Source: Acidimicrobiales bacterium (GTDB lineage: Bacteria; Actinomycetota; Acidimicrobiia; Acidimicrobiales; Bin134). Taken from it: 64,000 nucleotides of DNA. A program made the position numbers and the translations under genes. How positions within the stretch are numbered: position 1 is the first letter of the stretch; each line of letters starts with the position of its first letter. The notes below the pieces were generated by a model. It did not search any database, had not been told where the DNA came from, and saw only the letters and a list, made by a program, of their open reading frames with translations. Positions 35,623-45,929 of the stretch are shown here, piece by piece. Where the stretch lies: the NCBI GenBank assembly GCA_965208505.1, contig OZ242339.1, positions 621,040 to 685,039 on the forward strand, given 5' to 3'.

Positions 35623-36468
35623 TCAGCCCCGGCGCTGGGCGTCGCGGAGGTTGGCGTAGGACAGCATTGTTGCGCCGGAGCGCTCGACCGCGGTGCTCAG
35701 AACCGGGTCGTGAGCCACCAGCAGGTACTGCTCCACCCGGCTGAGCCAGCCCGGGTCCATTTCTCGCAATTCCGGGGTGTCGATGGCGGGAGACACCACC
35801 AACTCTGTCACGCCCGGGGCCAGGCTCTCCACCGCGTCTTCCAGGGTCCGCCGAGCGGGCCGCCCGCGGATCTGCACCAGGTGGTCGGGGGACAGCACAC
35901 CGGCGTCGGCGGCCAGGCGGCGGAACGGAAAACCGGCCCGATGCTCCTGATCGCTTCCCCCGAGGCGCATCGGCAGCCCCATTTCCACCGCCAGTTCCAG
36001 ATACACGTCGAAAAACTCGGGTCGCATAAGCAGCGTGTCCAAGTGCGGGCTCAGATGGGTCAGCTCGATGCCCCATTGGCCGGCCCGCTCAATCTGGGCT
36101 CGGCACTCCCGGTGGACCTCGTCGAGGTCGCTGTGCTCCCAGGAGTCGGAAGGGGTGCGGGGGAAGCCGCCGTCGCCGTCAAGCAGCGACGGCGCTTGGG
36201 TGATCGGGCCCCATCGGTAGTTGTCGAACTCGGCGTTGAGAGTGAGATCGACGCCGACCGGCATGTGAGCGAAACGCTCAGCTGCGTCACGGGACCACGG
36301 GCAGGGCACCATCAGACTTGCGGCGGTGGCCACTCCGATGTCCAGGCATTCGGCGATGGCCGCGTTGGCCGCGTGCGACTGTCCAAGGTTGTCGCAGGTG
36401 ATGATCAGGCCTCGGCCGCTAGTGGCTCCGCCCAGGCGTTCCAGTAGTTCGCTCACAAGTACAGCCAA
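35623..36468 (-). CDS. YdjC/ChbG-family deacetylase-like protein
   Basis: LIITCDNLG, ASLMVPCPW, THLSPH. Confidence 0.8.
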   Translation of the reverse strand: MAVLVSELLERLGGATSGRGLIITCDNLGQSHAANAAIAECLDIGVATAASLMVPCPWSRDAAERFAHMPVGVDLTLNAEFDNYRWGPITQAPSLLDGDGGFPRTPSDSWEHSDLDEVHRECRAQIERAGQWGIELTHLSPHLDTLLMRPEFFDVYLELAVEMGLPMRLGGSDQEHRAGFPFRRLAADAGVLSPDHLVQIRGRPARRTLEDAVESLAPGVTELVVSPAIDTPELREMDPGWLSRVEQYLLVAHDPVLSTAVERSGATMLSYANLRDAQRRG

Positions 36469-36486
36469 ACTACCGTGCCGGGGCGG

Positions 36487-37038
36487 TCACTGAAGCACTT
36501 TGTCGGCGCTGCCGCAGGCGCTCCACAGGCCCAACTCCTGGTCCCGGGCACCGGCTGCGGCCGCGTAGAAGGCATCGGCGTGGATGGAATTGGGCTCGAT
36601 GATCAGGGCCTCGGCGTACCCGTTGGCGGCGATCTCAAGGTTCACGAACAAGCCGTCGGCAGCTCGGTGCAGGTAGGCCAACAGCCGGTCGTAGCGGTCG
36701 CGGGGCTCGATGTCGCGGGTCAGTCGCACCCCGGTGCCTTCCGGCAGAAGCGACCTCGTGAAAGCGGTCGCCTCGTCGCCGTAACACTCGACCGGCAAGA
36801 AGCCGCCGGTGGCCTCGGGAGTGTCGATGCCGATAAGGCGCACCCGTTCGGTCCGGCCGGCCGTCTCCACCACCACCGTGTCGCCGTCGACCACCTCCAC
36901 TACGGTCGCGGCGGCCCCGGTGATTGCCCCGACCGGCTCAGGCGATGTGCCGGATTGATTGGACAGAGTTCCGGAGCAGCCGGCGAGGACGAGAATCAGC
37001 AGTCCGCCGGCGGCTTCACGCAGCGCGGGGAACATCAT
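36487..37038 (-). CDS. Thermonuclease (SNase) lipoprotein
   Basis: Lipobox LAGC, VVDGDT, VRLIGIDTPE, DRYDRLLAY, GLW. Confidence 0.88.
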   Translation of the reverse strand: MMFPALREAAGGLLILVLAGCSGTLSNQSGTSPEPVGAITGAAATVVEVVDGDTVVVETAGRTERVRLIGIDTPEATGGFLPVECYGDEATAFTRSLLPEGTGVRLTRDIEPRDRYDRLLAYLHRAADGLFVNLEIAANGYAEALIIEPNSIHADAFYAAAAGARDQELGLWSACGSADKVLQ

Positions 37039-37271
37039 CGGATGACGCGGGCAAGGGTTGGGTCGTAGGGGAGTGGCCCTGTAAAGCGGCTCGGGCCTGG
37101 GCCAGGCCCCGGCGCCCAATCTCCTTGGTGCGCTCATCGATCCGCCAGTCTGGCGGTGCCTCCAAAAGGGTGAGCTGTTGCTCCATATCACCAGTATCCC
37201 GGTGAGAGTGACAGTTTGGGCACCGATGGGGGGAATTGTCCAGAAAACCCCTCTGATGTGGGGAAAGACCT

Positions 37272-37634
37272 CTACGACCCTTGGCTGCTGCCCCTCATGC
37301 TGCGGTACACCTCCAGCAGAGCGGCTTTCTGCTCATCGGAGAGGTTGGCGTCGGCTCGGATGGTTGCCTCGGTTTCGGAGGCGGCGCTGGCACCCTCGCC
37401 GTTGGCGGCGTCGATGCCGGCGGCCTGGGCCAAAAGGGTCTCGGCCGACAGGTTCAGCGCTGTGGCCAGCGACTTGATCACCCGTACTGATGGCTGGTGC
37501 AGTCCTCGCTCCAGCTGGCTTAGGTAGGGGTTGGACACCTGGGCCAGGTCGGACAGCTCTCGCAGGGTGAGCTGGGCAAGCTTTCGCTGGCTGCGCAGGT
37601 AGTTCCCGAATGCCTCAACGGCGGCTTGGTCCAT
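37272..37634 (-). CDS. XRE regulator, Rv0474/MLDSR-like
   Basis: VSNPYLSQLERGL.QPS; C-terminal IRAD..LSDEQK.ALLEVYRS. Confidence 0.8.
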   Translation of the reverse strand: MDQAAVEAFGNYLRSQRKLAQLTLRELSDLAQVSNPYLSQLERGLHQPSVRVIKSLATALNLSAETLLAQAAGIDAANGEGASAASETEATIRADANLSDEQKAALLEVYRSMRGSSQGS

Positions 37635-37643
37635 TTTCAGTCC

Positions 37644-38552
37644 TCAGATGTCGTACTCGTAGAATCCCTTGCCGGTCTTGCGGCCCAGATGCCCGGCGGC
37701 CACCATCCGCCGCAGCAGCGGCGGCGGAGCGTTGTGGGAGCCCTTGAACTCCTCGTAGAGCACCTCGGCCACCGCCTCGATGGTGTCCAGTCCGATCAGG
37801 TCGCACAGCGTCAGCGGGCCCATGGGGTGGCCGCAGCCGTACATCATCCCGCTGTCGATGTCGGCCGCGCTCACCTTGCCCTCGTCGTACATCCGGATGG
37901 AATCGAGCAGGTAGGGGACCAGTAGCCGGTTCACCACGAACCCGGCTCGGTCGCGACAGCGGATGACCCGCTTGCCCAGAACTTCCACTGCGAAGCGGTC
38001 GACCCGGTCGATGGTTTCCAAAGAGGTGCCCAAAGAGCGCACCAGCTCCACCAAGGGTTGTATCGGGGCCGGGTTGAAGAAGTGCATGCCGAGCACCATG
38101 TCCGACCGGCTGGTGATGGAACCCAGGGTGATGATGGGAATGGAAGAGGTGTTGGTGGCCAAGATGGCATTCGGGGCCATCACCTTGTCCATGGCCCGAA
38201 ACACCGACAGCTTCTCTTCCAGCGACTCGATGACAGCCTCGATCGCCAAGTCTCGGTCGGCCAGGTCTCCCATGTCAGTGCTGAAGCTGAGCGAGTCCAA
38301 GGCCAGGTCTCGAGTTGCCGCCGGTACCTTGTTGCGGGAGACCGCCTTGTTCAGGGAATTCTCGATCGAATTCCGGGCGATGCTGACTGCGCTGTCGTCC
38401 ACCTCGATCACCAGGGTGTCCAAGCCGGCTCGGGCGCACACTTCAGCGATGCCCGATCCCATTATCCCGCCGCCGATCACTGCGACCTTGTTGATCGGCT
38501 CTGCTGGCGATTCGAACTCTTGTGGCGGCAGTGCGCCAGCTTCCGTGCTCAT
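37644..38552 (-). CDS. hbd: 3-hydroxybutyryl-CoA dehydrogenase
   Basis: GGGIMGSG, ATNTSS, GMHFFNP, HPMGPL, GRKTGKGFY. Confidence 0.88.
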   Translation of the reverse strand: MSTEAGALPPQEFESPAEPINKVAVIGGGIMGSGIAEVCARAGLDTLVIEVDDSAVSIARNSIENSLNKAVSRNKVPAATRDLALDSLSFSTDMGDLADRDLAIEAVIESLEEKLSVFRAMDKVMAPNAILATNTSSIPIITLGSITSRSDMVLGMHFFNPAPIQPLVELVRSLGTSLETIDRVDRFAVEVLGKRVIRCRDRAGFVVNRLLVPYLLDSIRMYDEGKVSAADIDSGMMYGCGHPMGPLTLCDLIGLDTIEAVAEVLYEEFKGSHNAPPPLLRRMVAAGHLGRKTGKGFYEYDI

Positions 38553-38625
38553 TGTTCCCTCCCACCGCCGGAATTCGGCGGCCCCTACTTGCGTGTTCAA
38601 TATAGTACGCAAATGATAGAAAAAT

Positions 38626-38658
38626 AAAACGGGGCCGGTCAGCGACCGGCCCCGTTTT
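38626..38658. terminator. Intrinsic terminator hairpin downstream of the phasin-like gene
   Basis: AAAACGGGGCCGGTC-AGC-GACCGGCCCCGTTTT, perfect 15-bp stem. Confidence 0.85.
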
Positions 38659-38681
38659 GCAGGAAAGAGCTGAGGGGGGAT

Positions 38682-38993
38682 TCAGCTCTTCTTGGCTACT
38701 GGCTTGGCCGAGGCCGCGTCTTTGGCGGACGCTGCGGCCAGCAAGTTCTGGGCGAACTCCTTCTGGGTGTTGAGCAGTTCCTGGGCGAACCCGAAGCTGA
38801 CGTTCATCAGCTCCTTGGGATCGGGCAGGGAGTCAAGGCCGGGCACGGATTCGATCTTCAGGCTCTCAGGGGTGATGCTGCCGACCGTATCGGTGAAGGT
38901 GCGGACACCTTCGACGATGGCGGTCTGGCCCATCTTGAGGGCGGTCAGAACCTGTTCTTGCACGGCTTCAGTTATTTCTTTGACGTCGGTCAT
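38682..38993 (-). CDS. Phasin-like PHA granule protein
   Basis: 103 aa, amphipathic helices (FGFAQELLNTQKEFAQNLL), Ala/Lys tail, directly after phaC. Confidence 0.6.
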   Translation of the reverse strand: MTDVKEITEAVQEQVLTALKMGQTAIVEGVRTFTDTVGSITPESLKIESVPGLDSLPDPKELMNVSFGFAQELLNTQKEFAQNLLAAASAKDAASAKPVAKKS

Positions 38994-39071
38994 GGTGCAT
39001 ACTTTACCTAGCAAAAGCTTGATCGGCAATTCAAAGGGGGGTTTTTCGGAGAAATTTCCGAAGGAATTTGA

Positions 39072-40835
39072 TCAGGCGGAGCCAGTGTCGCCGGGGCGCA
39101 TCTTCACGTAGATGCCCGGGGCGTCCTCCATCGGCGCAAAGGCCTTGGCGCCGAGTTGCTTGGGAGCTTTGACCTTCTTGCCAGCCCGCTCGCCGATCCA
39201 TTTGGCCCAGTCATCCCACCAGGTTTGCTGGTGCTGTTCGGCGCCCTCCAGCCATTCCTCGGGCGACCCCGCGATCTGGTCGTTGGTCCAGTGGCGGGCC
39301 TTGGGGCTGGGCGGGTTGACTATGCCGGCGATGTGCCCGGAGGTGCTGAGCACGAAGCGGTTGTGACCGCCCAGCAGGGTGGCGGTGCGGTAGGCCGCCG
39401 TCCACGGCACAATGTGGTCGTCGATAGCCGACAGCACATAGCTGTCCTGCTTGACGTCGGCGGGATGCAGCGCGATCCCGTCTACCTCGAAGGCGTCTTT
39501 GGCGAACTCGTTGTGGAGGTAGCACCGGCGCAGGTAGCTGCTGTGCATGCGGGCCGGCATCCGGGTGCTGTCGTTGTTCCAGGCCAGCAGGTCGAACGCT
39601 GGAGGATCCTCGCCCAGCAGCCAGTTGTTCACCACATACTGGAAGATCAGGTCGTTGGCCCGGATAGCGTCGAAAGTGCGGGCCATCTCGCTGGCCTCCA
39701 AATACCCCTGGTCGGCCATCTTGCGCTCGAGTCCGGCCACGGTGGGCTCGTCGGTGAACGCTCCCAGCACACCTGGGTCGGAGAAGTCGGTCAGGGTGTT
39801 CAGAAACGTGGCGGTGTGGATCGGCTGGTCGCCGGTGGCCGCTCCTAGGGCCATGGCGATGGCGCTGAGCGTGCCCCCCAGACACACGTTGACGGTGTTG
39901 ACCTTCTCCTGGCCGGTGATCTCCTTTACCACCCGCAGGGCGTCGAGGGGCCCCTGGCGCAGGTAGTCCTCGAAGCTGGTGTCGCGCATCGACCCGTCGG
40001 GGTTGCGATAGCTGATGGTGAAGCAGGTGTGGCCGTGCTTCACCGCCCACTCGATCAGGCTCTTCTGCGGGGCAAGGTCCATGATGTAGTACTTGTTGAT
40101 CCACGGCGGGCAAAACAGCATCGGAATCTGGTAGGCCTGCTCGGTCTGAGGCTCGTACTGCATGACTTCGATCAGGTCGCTGCGGTACACCACCTTGCCG
40201 GGGGTCAAGGCCATGTTCAGCCCCGGTTCGAACCCCGAGTCGTCCACCTTCGACGGCCACCCGTCGTTGTAGCGCAGGTCGTGGAGCATGTTTGTGGCGC
40301 CCTTCACCACGCTGGCCCCGCCGGTGGCAGCCGCTTTGGCCAGGGCATCGGGGTTGGTGAGCAGCAAGTTGGTGGGAGCGAGGGCGTCGAAGGCGAAGGA
40401 TGCAGCGAACTTGGCCTTGCGGTCCTCGGCTTCATCTAGGTCGGCCGCGTCGATGAGGTCGTCGGCCAGGTTCCTGGTCAGCAGATAAGTCTGCTGGAGG
40501 CCGAAGAAATAAGGATTGTCCTGCCATGCCTTTGAGGACCAGCGGTGGTCTTTGGGCTGGGGCTGGATGGGTGCGGGGGCATCGGAATCGGCAGTGTTGG
40601 CCGCCTTGGCCATGGTGGCCGCCCCCACCTTCATCGCGCCGGCGGCCGCCTTCAGCAATGCCGTGCCCACCCCCACCGGGTTGGCCGCAGCCTTCATGCC
40701 CGCGTTGACCAAGGTGCGGGCGAAATAGACCGGGTCGAGCGTGTCGATGATCTGGTCGCCCACCCAATTGGGGTCGAGGACGTCTGACTCGCCGGCGGTG
40801 GCCCCGATAGTCCCTGTTTCAACCTTCTCGCTCAC
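39072..40835 (-). CDS. phaC: Polyhydroxyalkanoate synthase (class I/II type)
   Basis: TPGKVV, PPWINKYYIMDL, VCLGG, DHIVPW, SGHIAGIVNPP, APGIYV. Confidence 0.95.
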   Translation of the reverse strand: MSEKVETGTIGATAGESDVLDPNWVGDQIIDTLDPVYFARTLVNAGMKAAANPVGVGTALLKAAAGAMKVGAATMAKAANTADSDAPAPIQPQPKDHRWSSKAWQDNPYFFGLQQTYLLTRNLADDLIDAADLDEAEDRKAKFAASFAFDALAPTNLLLTNPDALAKAAATGGASVVKGATNMLHDLRYNDGWPSKVDDSGFEPGLNMALTPGKVVYRSDLIEVMQYEPQTEQAYQIPMLFCPPWINKYYIMDLAPQKSLIEWAVKHGHTCFTISYRNPDGSMRDTSFEDYLRQGPLDALRVVKEITGQEKVNTVNVCLGGTLSAIAMALGAATGDQPIHTATFLNTLTDFSDPGVLGAFTDEPTVAGLERKMADQGYLEASEMARTFDAIRANDLIFQYVVNNWLLGEDPPAFDLLAWNNDSTRMPARMHSSYLRRCYLHNEFAKDAFEVDGIALHPADVKQDSYVLSAIDDHIVPWTAAYRTATLLGGHNRFVLSTSGHIAGIVNPPSPKARHWTNDQIAGSPEEWLEGAEQHQQTWWDDWAKWIGERAGKKVKAPKQLGAKAFAPMEDAPGIYVKMRPGDTGSA

Positions 40836-40883
40836 GGCTGGGAACTTTATCAAGCAAACTTGGCGGAACCCTCACCCAGAAGT

Positions 40884-41053
40884 CCTAGTGGTGTGTCTTG
40901 GGTTTAGCGCCGGGGATTGCGACGGCAGCGGCGTTCCTCGCAAGGCGCACCGACGAAGCCATACTCAGAGCGTACGGCAAGGAGGAGCAACGCAGCGAGG
41001 GGCGTCGATGCCTAGCAGGACACGCGCGAGTAAACCCAAGACACACCACTAGG
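40884..41053. mobile_element. 170-bp MITE-like element
   Basis: Perfect 23-bp terminal inverted repeats CCTAGTGGTGTGTCTTGGGTTTA / TAAACCCAAGACACACCACTAGG, CTAG at both ends, no transposase. Confidence 0.8.
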
Positions 41054-41061
41054 GTTGCCGC

Positions 41062-42042
41062 ATGATTTTGCGACGTGACGGGATGACCGTTCCCCTGTTC
41101 GGCCCCATTGACGAGCAGGCTGCGAAGATGGCCGAGCTGGTCGAGCTGGGATACACCGACGTGTGGTCGTCGGAGTCCAATTCCCACGACGCCTTCACCC
41201 CGCTGGTGCTGGCCTCGCAGTGGGCGCCAACGCTGCGCTTGGGCACCGCCATCGTCCCGGCCTATACCCGGGGTCCGGCGCTCGTGGCCCAGTCGGCAGC
41301 CACGCTTGCCTCGCTGGCCCCGGGCCGGTTCCTGTTGGGAGTGGGCAGCTCCTCGGATGTGATCGTAGAGCGGTGGAACTCCATCCCCTTCGATGCCCCC
41401 TACCAGCGGGTGCGCGACCTGGTTCGCTTCTTGAAGCCTGCACTGGCCGGTGAAAAGGTGAGCGGCGACTACGGCACCTTCTCGGTACGGGGATTCCGGC
41501 TGGGGTTGGTTCCGCCCGAGCCGCCCCCCATTTTGGTGGCTGCCCTGCGCTCCCAGATGCTGACGCTGGCCGGGAAGGAGGCCGACGGCGCCATCATCAA
41601 TTGGCTGTCGGCCGACGACACCGCCCGAGTGAGCGAGATCGTCAATGCCCAGGGGTCCAACAAGGAGATCGTGGCCCGCATCTTCGTGTGCCCCAATCCC
41701 GACCGGGAGACGGTGATGGCCCAAGGGCGGCGGGCGGTGGCCGGCTACCTGAACGTGCCCGTCTACCGGGCGTTTCACGAATGGCTGGGCCGTGGCGAAC
41801 TGCTGGCCGAGCACTGGGAGCGGTGGGCGTCTGGCGACCGGGCCGGGTCGCTGGAGGCCATCCCCGAGCAGGTGGTGGACGATCTGATCGTGAACGGCAC
41901 CCCCGAGGAATGCCGCAAGCACATCGACCGCTATTTCGACAACGGCGCCACCACCTCGTCGCTGTTGGTGATGCCCCTGGGCGGGATCGACCCCTGGGAG
42001 GCGGTCAGGTCGCTAGCGCCGCGGCCTGCTGGAGGTGGCTGA
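41062..42042 (+). CDS. LLM-class (probably F420-dependent) oxidoreductase
   Basis: GYTDVWSSE, RLGTAIVP, GRFLLGVG, ADG. Confidence 0.85.
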   Translation: MILRRDGMTVPLFGPIDEQAAKMAELVELGYTDVWSSESNSHDAFTPLVLASQWAPTLRLGTAIVPAYTRGPALVAQSAATLASLAPGRFLLGVGSSSDVIVERWNSIPFDAPYQRVRDLVRFLKPALAGEKVSGDYGTFSVRGFRLGLVPPEPPPILVAALRSQMLTLAGKEADGAIINWLSADDTARVSEIVNAQGSNKEIVARIFVCPNPDRETVMAQGRRAVAGYLNVPVYRAFHEWLGRGELLAEHWERWASGDRAGSLEAIPEQVVDDLIVNGTPEECRKHIDRYFDNGATTSSLLVMPLGGIDPWEAVRSLAPRPAGGG

Positions 42043-43084
42043 CATAGTCGGCCAGGCGGTAGCCGGCGGCCGCCCCGCTGGTGGAGGGCATGACATACAC
42101 CGGGCAACCCGCTAGATCTTGAGGTTGCAGTCCGGCTTTGGCCTTTCGGTCTACTGCGGCCCGCCAGCCAGCGAGGCCCACAAAGCACACCGCCGAGGGC
42201 TTGAGCCACTCTGCCAGCCACCTCAGCCGGTCTAGGCCCCGGCGGTACTCGTCAGCGGCGAGCTCGTCGGCTCGGGGAGTGGCGCGTTTGACCAGATCGG
42301 TCATGCCCACGCCGTGGTCGATTAGCGCCCGCCGGGGATCACGGTCGGTGCTCACCAGCCCAGCAGCCAGCGCCGCGGGCCAGAACCGGTTGCCCGGCCG
42401 GGCGAATCCCGCTCCGGCATCGGCCGCGTACACGCTGGGATTCAAGCCGCAGATCAGCAAGCGCATCGCCGGTCCCACGGTGTCGGGCAGCGTGCGGGCC
42501 CGGCGGCCCTTGATGATGAGGGTGGCTACCTTGGGGGGCCGGTCCAACCGCTCCAGGGAGTCGAGGGTGAACCCGGCGCCCTCCATCAGGGGTGCGATCC
42601 AGTCTTGTGGCCACTGGGAGAAGCGGCGGCCGGGGAAGTCGTCGTCGGCGAACGGCTCGAAATCGGCATCTCCCCCGAAGATGTGGATTTCCACCGGCCC
42701 GCCCGGAGCCAGGGCCCGGTGCAGGTCGGCCAGCGCCAGCGGCATGTGGCGGCGGTCGACGTGTACGTAGCTGCGAGACGCCCACGCCCCGGCCAGCGAC
42801 CCTGCGGCCAGGGGCAGCGCGGCCAGATCGGCCCGGCACAGCAGGGCATTGGGCGCTTGCTCGGGGACCATCTCCAGCATGGATCGGGCCGCGTCGATGG
42901 CCAATGCCGGGCCGGGAAGCGCTGCGGTGTGCCAGCCGGGGCCGCAGCCCAGATCGGCGGTGATCCCGTCGGGGCGGTCGAGGGCGGCAAAGGCCTCGAC
43001 CGCCGAGGTGGACTTGGGCTGGCGCTCAGCCCGCCATTCGTCCGCCCGGTCTTCGTAGACGCTGACGGTGTGGTGATCGGCCAT
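42005..43084 (-). CDS. SAM-methyltransferase / Mug-type uracil-DNA glycosylase fusion
   Basis: N-terminal DLGCGPG; C-terminal ICGLNPS, PGNRFW, TDLVKRAT, MPSTSG. Confidence 0.82.
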   Translation of the reverse strand: MADHHTVSVYEDRADEWRAERQPKSTSAVEAFAALDRPDGITADLGCGPGWHTAALPGPALAIDAARSMLEMVPEQAPNALLCRADLAALPLAAGSLAGAWASRSYVHVDRRHMPLALADLHRALAPGGPVEIHIFGGDADFEPFADDDFPGRRFSQWPQDWIAPLMEGAGFTLDSLERLDRPPKVATLIIKGRRARTLPDTVGPAMRLLICGLNPSVYAADAGAGFARPGNRFWPAALAAGLVSTDRDPRRALIDHGVGMTDLVKRATPRADELAADEYRRGLDRLRWLAEWLKPSAVCFVGLAGWRAAVDRKAKAGLQPQDLAGCPVYVMPSTSGAAAGYRLADYVSHLQQAAALAT

Positions 43085-43093
43085 CGCCCACCT

Positions 43094-43777
43094 TCAGCGA
43101 AGCGGCCAGATCTTCTTGAACACCCGGGCGATCACTGCACCCACCAGGGCGCCGACCACCACGTCGGAGGCATGGTGGATGCGCACATGGACTCTGCTGG
43201 CCGCCACCACGGAGGCAGCGGCCCAGAAGGGCCAGCGGCGGCGACGGGAATCCGACAAAAGTGTGGCTGCCACCACTGCGGCACTGGCGTGGCCGCTGGG
43301 AAAACTGCTGGTCAGCGGCTGGCGCAACCGGTGGGGGTGGTCGTGTTCAACCAGCGGGCGGGAGCGGTTGAAGGCTGATTTGATCGGGCCGTTGACCAGC
43401 GCCGACTCCACCGCCAAGGCGACCGACACCCGCAGGGCCCGGCGCCGGCCCCGCTTTGATGTGGCCCCGGCCCAGGCCAGGGCGTGCCACAGGATGCTGA
43501 AGTTGCCCAGCTCAGAGGCGGTATAGAACACCCGGTCAGCCACCGGATTTCCCCGCAAGCGGGCAAAGAGCTGCTCGACGGCCTCATCCAGAGCCTCAGC
43601 GGCAGCAGAGGCGCCATCGGGGATGTCCTCGTCATCGAGCGCCTCTTCGTCCGGCGCCTCGTGGTCGTGAGCATCGCCGAAGAATGCAACATCGTCGAGA
43701 TCCTCGTCCTCGAGGTCCTCCAGCGAGTCGGCCGCGTCGGGAGCTTCTTCTGGGCGCTCAGCCTCGTCAGCGGTCAT
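43094..43777 (-). CDS. PAP2-family phosphatase
   Basis: [26 protein letters not shown]. Confidence 0.88.
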   Translation of the reverse strand: MTADEAERPEEAPDAADSLEDLEDEDLDDVAFFGDAHDHEAPDEEALDDEDIPDGASAAAEALDEAVEQLFARLRGNPVADRVFYTASELGNFSILWHALAWAGATSKRGRRRALRVSVALAVESALVNGPIKSAFNRSRPLVEHDHPHRLRQPLTSSFPSGHASAAVVAATLLSDSRRRRWPFWAAASVVAASRVHVRIHHASDVVVGALVGAVIARVFKKIWPLR

Positions 43778-44679
43778 TCGCGATCTGCCCGGATCGTCTT
43801 GTAGGCCACCCCCACCTCATGGTTGGCGTCGTCCAGCACCTTGTAGCCGGTTTCGTCGCGGACTCGATCGAAGTTCTCGGCCACGTCCTCCACGGTGAGG
43901 TTGTGGTTGTAGTAGCCCGGGGTTCGGCCGATGAAGAATCGGGCCACCGTGCCGCCAGCCGCCGAGTACACCTCACCGGAGACCGGGCAGTCCTCGTGGG
44001 CCAAAAAGCACACCACCGGGGTGACCAGCTCCGGGTTCATGGCCTCTTTGATCTCTTCGCCGAAGATGGCCTCGGTCATGCGGGTGGTGGCCACCGGCGC
44101 AATGCAGTTGGCTTTGATGTTGTACTTGGCGCCTTCCAGGGCCAGGGTGTTGGTGAGCCCGACCAGCCCCATCTTGGCCGCGCTGTAGTTGGACTGGCCG
44201 AAGTTGCCTAGCACACCGGCATTGGAGGTGGCGCACACGATGCGGCCATATCCCTGCTCGCGCATCTGGACGAAGGCCGGCCGGGTCACATTGAACGCCC
44301 CCCGAAGATGGACGGCGAGCACAGGGTGGAGCTGCTCGTCCTCCAGCTTGTGGAAAGTCCTGTCTCTCAGGATGCCGGCGTTGTTGATGACGACATCCAC
44401 CCGCCCGAATGCTTCGAGAGCGGTGGCGGTTATGGCCGCTCCGCCCTCAGTGGTGGCTACCGAGCTGGTGTCGGCCACTGCCTCGCCACCCCCGTTGTTG
44501 ATCTCATTGGCCACCTTCTGGGCCGGGCCCTCGCTGGCTCCGGTGCCGTCGGCCGCTCCGCCCAAGTCGTTGATCACCAACCGGGCTCCCCGTCGGGCCA
44601 GCTCCAAGGCGTATAGCCGTCCCAGTCCGCCGCCAGCACCCGTGACTATCGCCACCCGGTTGTCGAAACTCAATGTCAT
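43774..44679 (-). CDS. SDR, MFE-2-type hydroxyacyl-CoA dehydrogenase
   Basis: [35 protein letters not shown]. Confidence 0.88.
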   Translation of the reverse strand: MTLSFDNRVAIVTGAGGGLGRLYALELARRGARLVINDLGGAADGTGASEGPAQKVANEINNGGGEAVADTSSVATTEGGAAITATALEAFGRVDVVINNAGILRDRTFHKLEDEQLHPVLAVHLRGAFNVTRPAFVQMREQGYGRIVCATSNAGVLGNFGQSNYSAAKMGLVGLTNTLALEGAKYNIKANCIAPVATTRMTEAIFGEEIKEAMNPELVTPVVCFLAHEDCPVSGEVYSAAGGTVARFFIGRTPGYYNHNLTVEDVAENFDRVRDETGYKVLDDANHEVGVAYKTIRADRE

Positions 44680-44707
44680 GGGCAGAAGATTACGGCTATT
44701 GGCGGCT

Positions 44708-45916
44708 TTAGCGGTAAGCGCCGGGGGTGGTGAGGGGTTTGCGGCGCCAGCGGCGGGGCGTGGTGATGATGGATCGGGGATAGTCCTCGAAGAGCCAGCG
44801 GGCAAAGTTTCGCCGGGTCCAGGGAGTGAGTCCGGCAATTCGGACGGCGCCCCGGGCGCCGGGACGGGTGGCCAGCACCCGCCCGAGACGGCGGGCCATG
44901 CGATGGTCGGCGAACAGCTCTTGGCGCACGAAACGACGGTAGTGGGCCATCACCTGCTCGGCGTCTGATCCGCCGGCCAACACCGAGTGGGCCGCGCCGA
45001 TTCCGGTGAGCAGGGCCTGGGCGATGCCCTCACCGCTCATTGGGTCGGTGGCGGCCGCGGCGTCGCCGGTGAACATGGTTCGACGAGAGGTGAGCGGGAC
45101 CTTGTCGATACGGGCGGGAATGGGCCAGGCCCGGTGAGCCGTCTCGGGGGTGGCGTCATTGCCGAGTACTGCCCGGATATGGTCCCGCTCTTGGAGGCCT
45201 CGCCAGAGCTTGCCCATGTCGCCCACCGCTACCGGGCCGCCGCGGCGCACGCCGAAGCCCACATTGGCCCGGCCATCGGGCAGCGGGAACGACCAGACGT
45301 ATCCGGGCAGGATCTCCTCTTCGAACCAAACCCACAGGGCCTGGCTGGCTGAGGGGGCCACCCCCGACCAGTACTGGCGGAACGCGTGCCAATCCCCCCG
45401 GTAGCCGTCGGGTGCCAAACCCAGGAACTTGCGGGTCGGCGACCACATCCCGTCAGCGGCGATGGCGTATCGGGCATGCACTGTCCCGATGCTGTCCACC
45501 TCCAATTCCACCTCTTTGTCGCCTTCGACGGCTCCCTGGCAACCGGCGCCCTCAACCAGCTCCGCGCCCTCGGCCTTGGCCTGCTCCACCAAAGCGTTGT
45601 CCAGTTCTGCCCGGGGGACCACCGCGGCGAACTGACCGCCCTTGCGTGGAAGGGGGAATTCCACGGTGCGTCCTGAGGGAGAGCGGATGCAGATGTCCTC
45701 CACCGGCATCCACGTCGAGATGGGCGTCGGGTCCAGCCCCAGGCCTTCGAGGAGCCTCAGCGCACCGGCAGTCAGGCCGTCGCCGCACGCTTTGGGGCGG
45801 GGAAAGCGAGCCTTGTCGACTATCACCACCCGCTGGCCGCCCCGAGCCAGAGTGATGGCCGCCGCGCAGCCGGCCGGCCCGGCCCCGATGATCGCCGCGT
45901 CCCAGTCGCCGCTCAT
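44708..45916 (-). CDS. Geranylgeranyl reductase family FAD oxidoreductase (MenJ-like)
   Basis: [30 protein letters not shown]. Confidence 0.85.
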   Translation of the reverse strand: MSGDWDAAIIGAGPAGCAAAITLARGGQRVVIVDKARFPRPKACGDGLTAGALRLLEGLGLDPTPISTWMPVEDICIRSPSGRTVEFPLPRKGGQFAAVVPRAELDNALVEQAKAEGAELVEGAGCQGAVEGDKEVELEVDSIGTVHARYAIAADGMWSPTRKFLGLAPDGYRGDWHAFRQYWSGVAPSASQALWVWFEEEILPGYVWSFPLPDGRANVGFGVRRGGPVAVGDMGKLWRGLQERDHIRAVLGNDATPETAHRAWPIPARIDKVPLTSRRTMFTGDAAAATDPMSGEGIAQALLTGIGAAHSVLAGGSDAEQVMAHYRRFVRQELFADHRMARRLGRVLATRPGARGAVRIAGLTPWTRRNFARWLFEDYPRSIITTPRRWRRKPLTTPGAYR

Positions 45917-45929
45917 CGGCTTGACGGTC

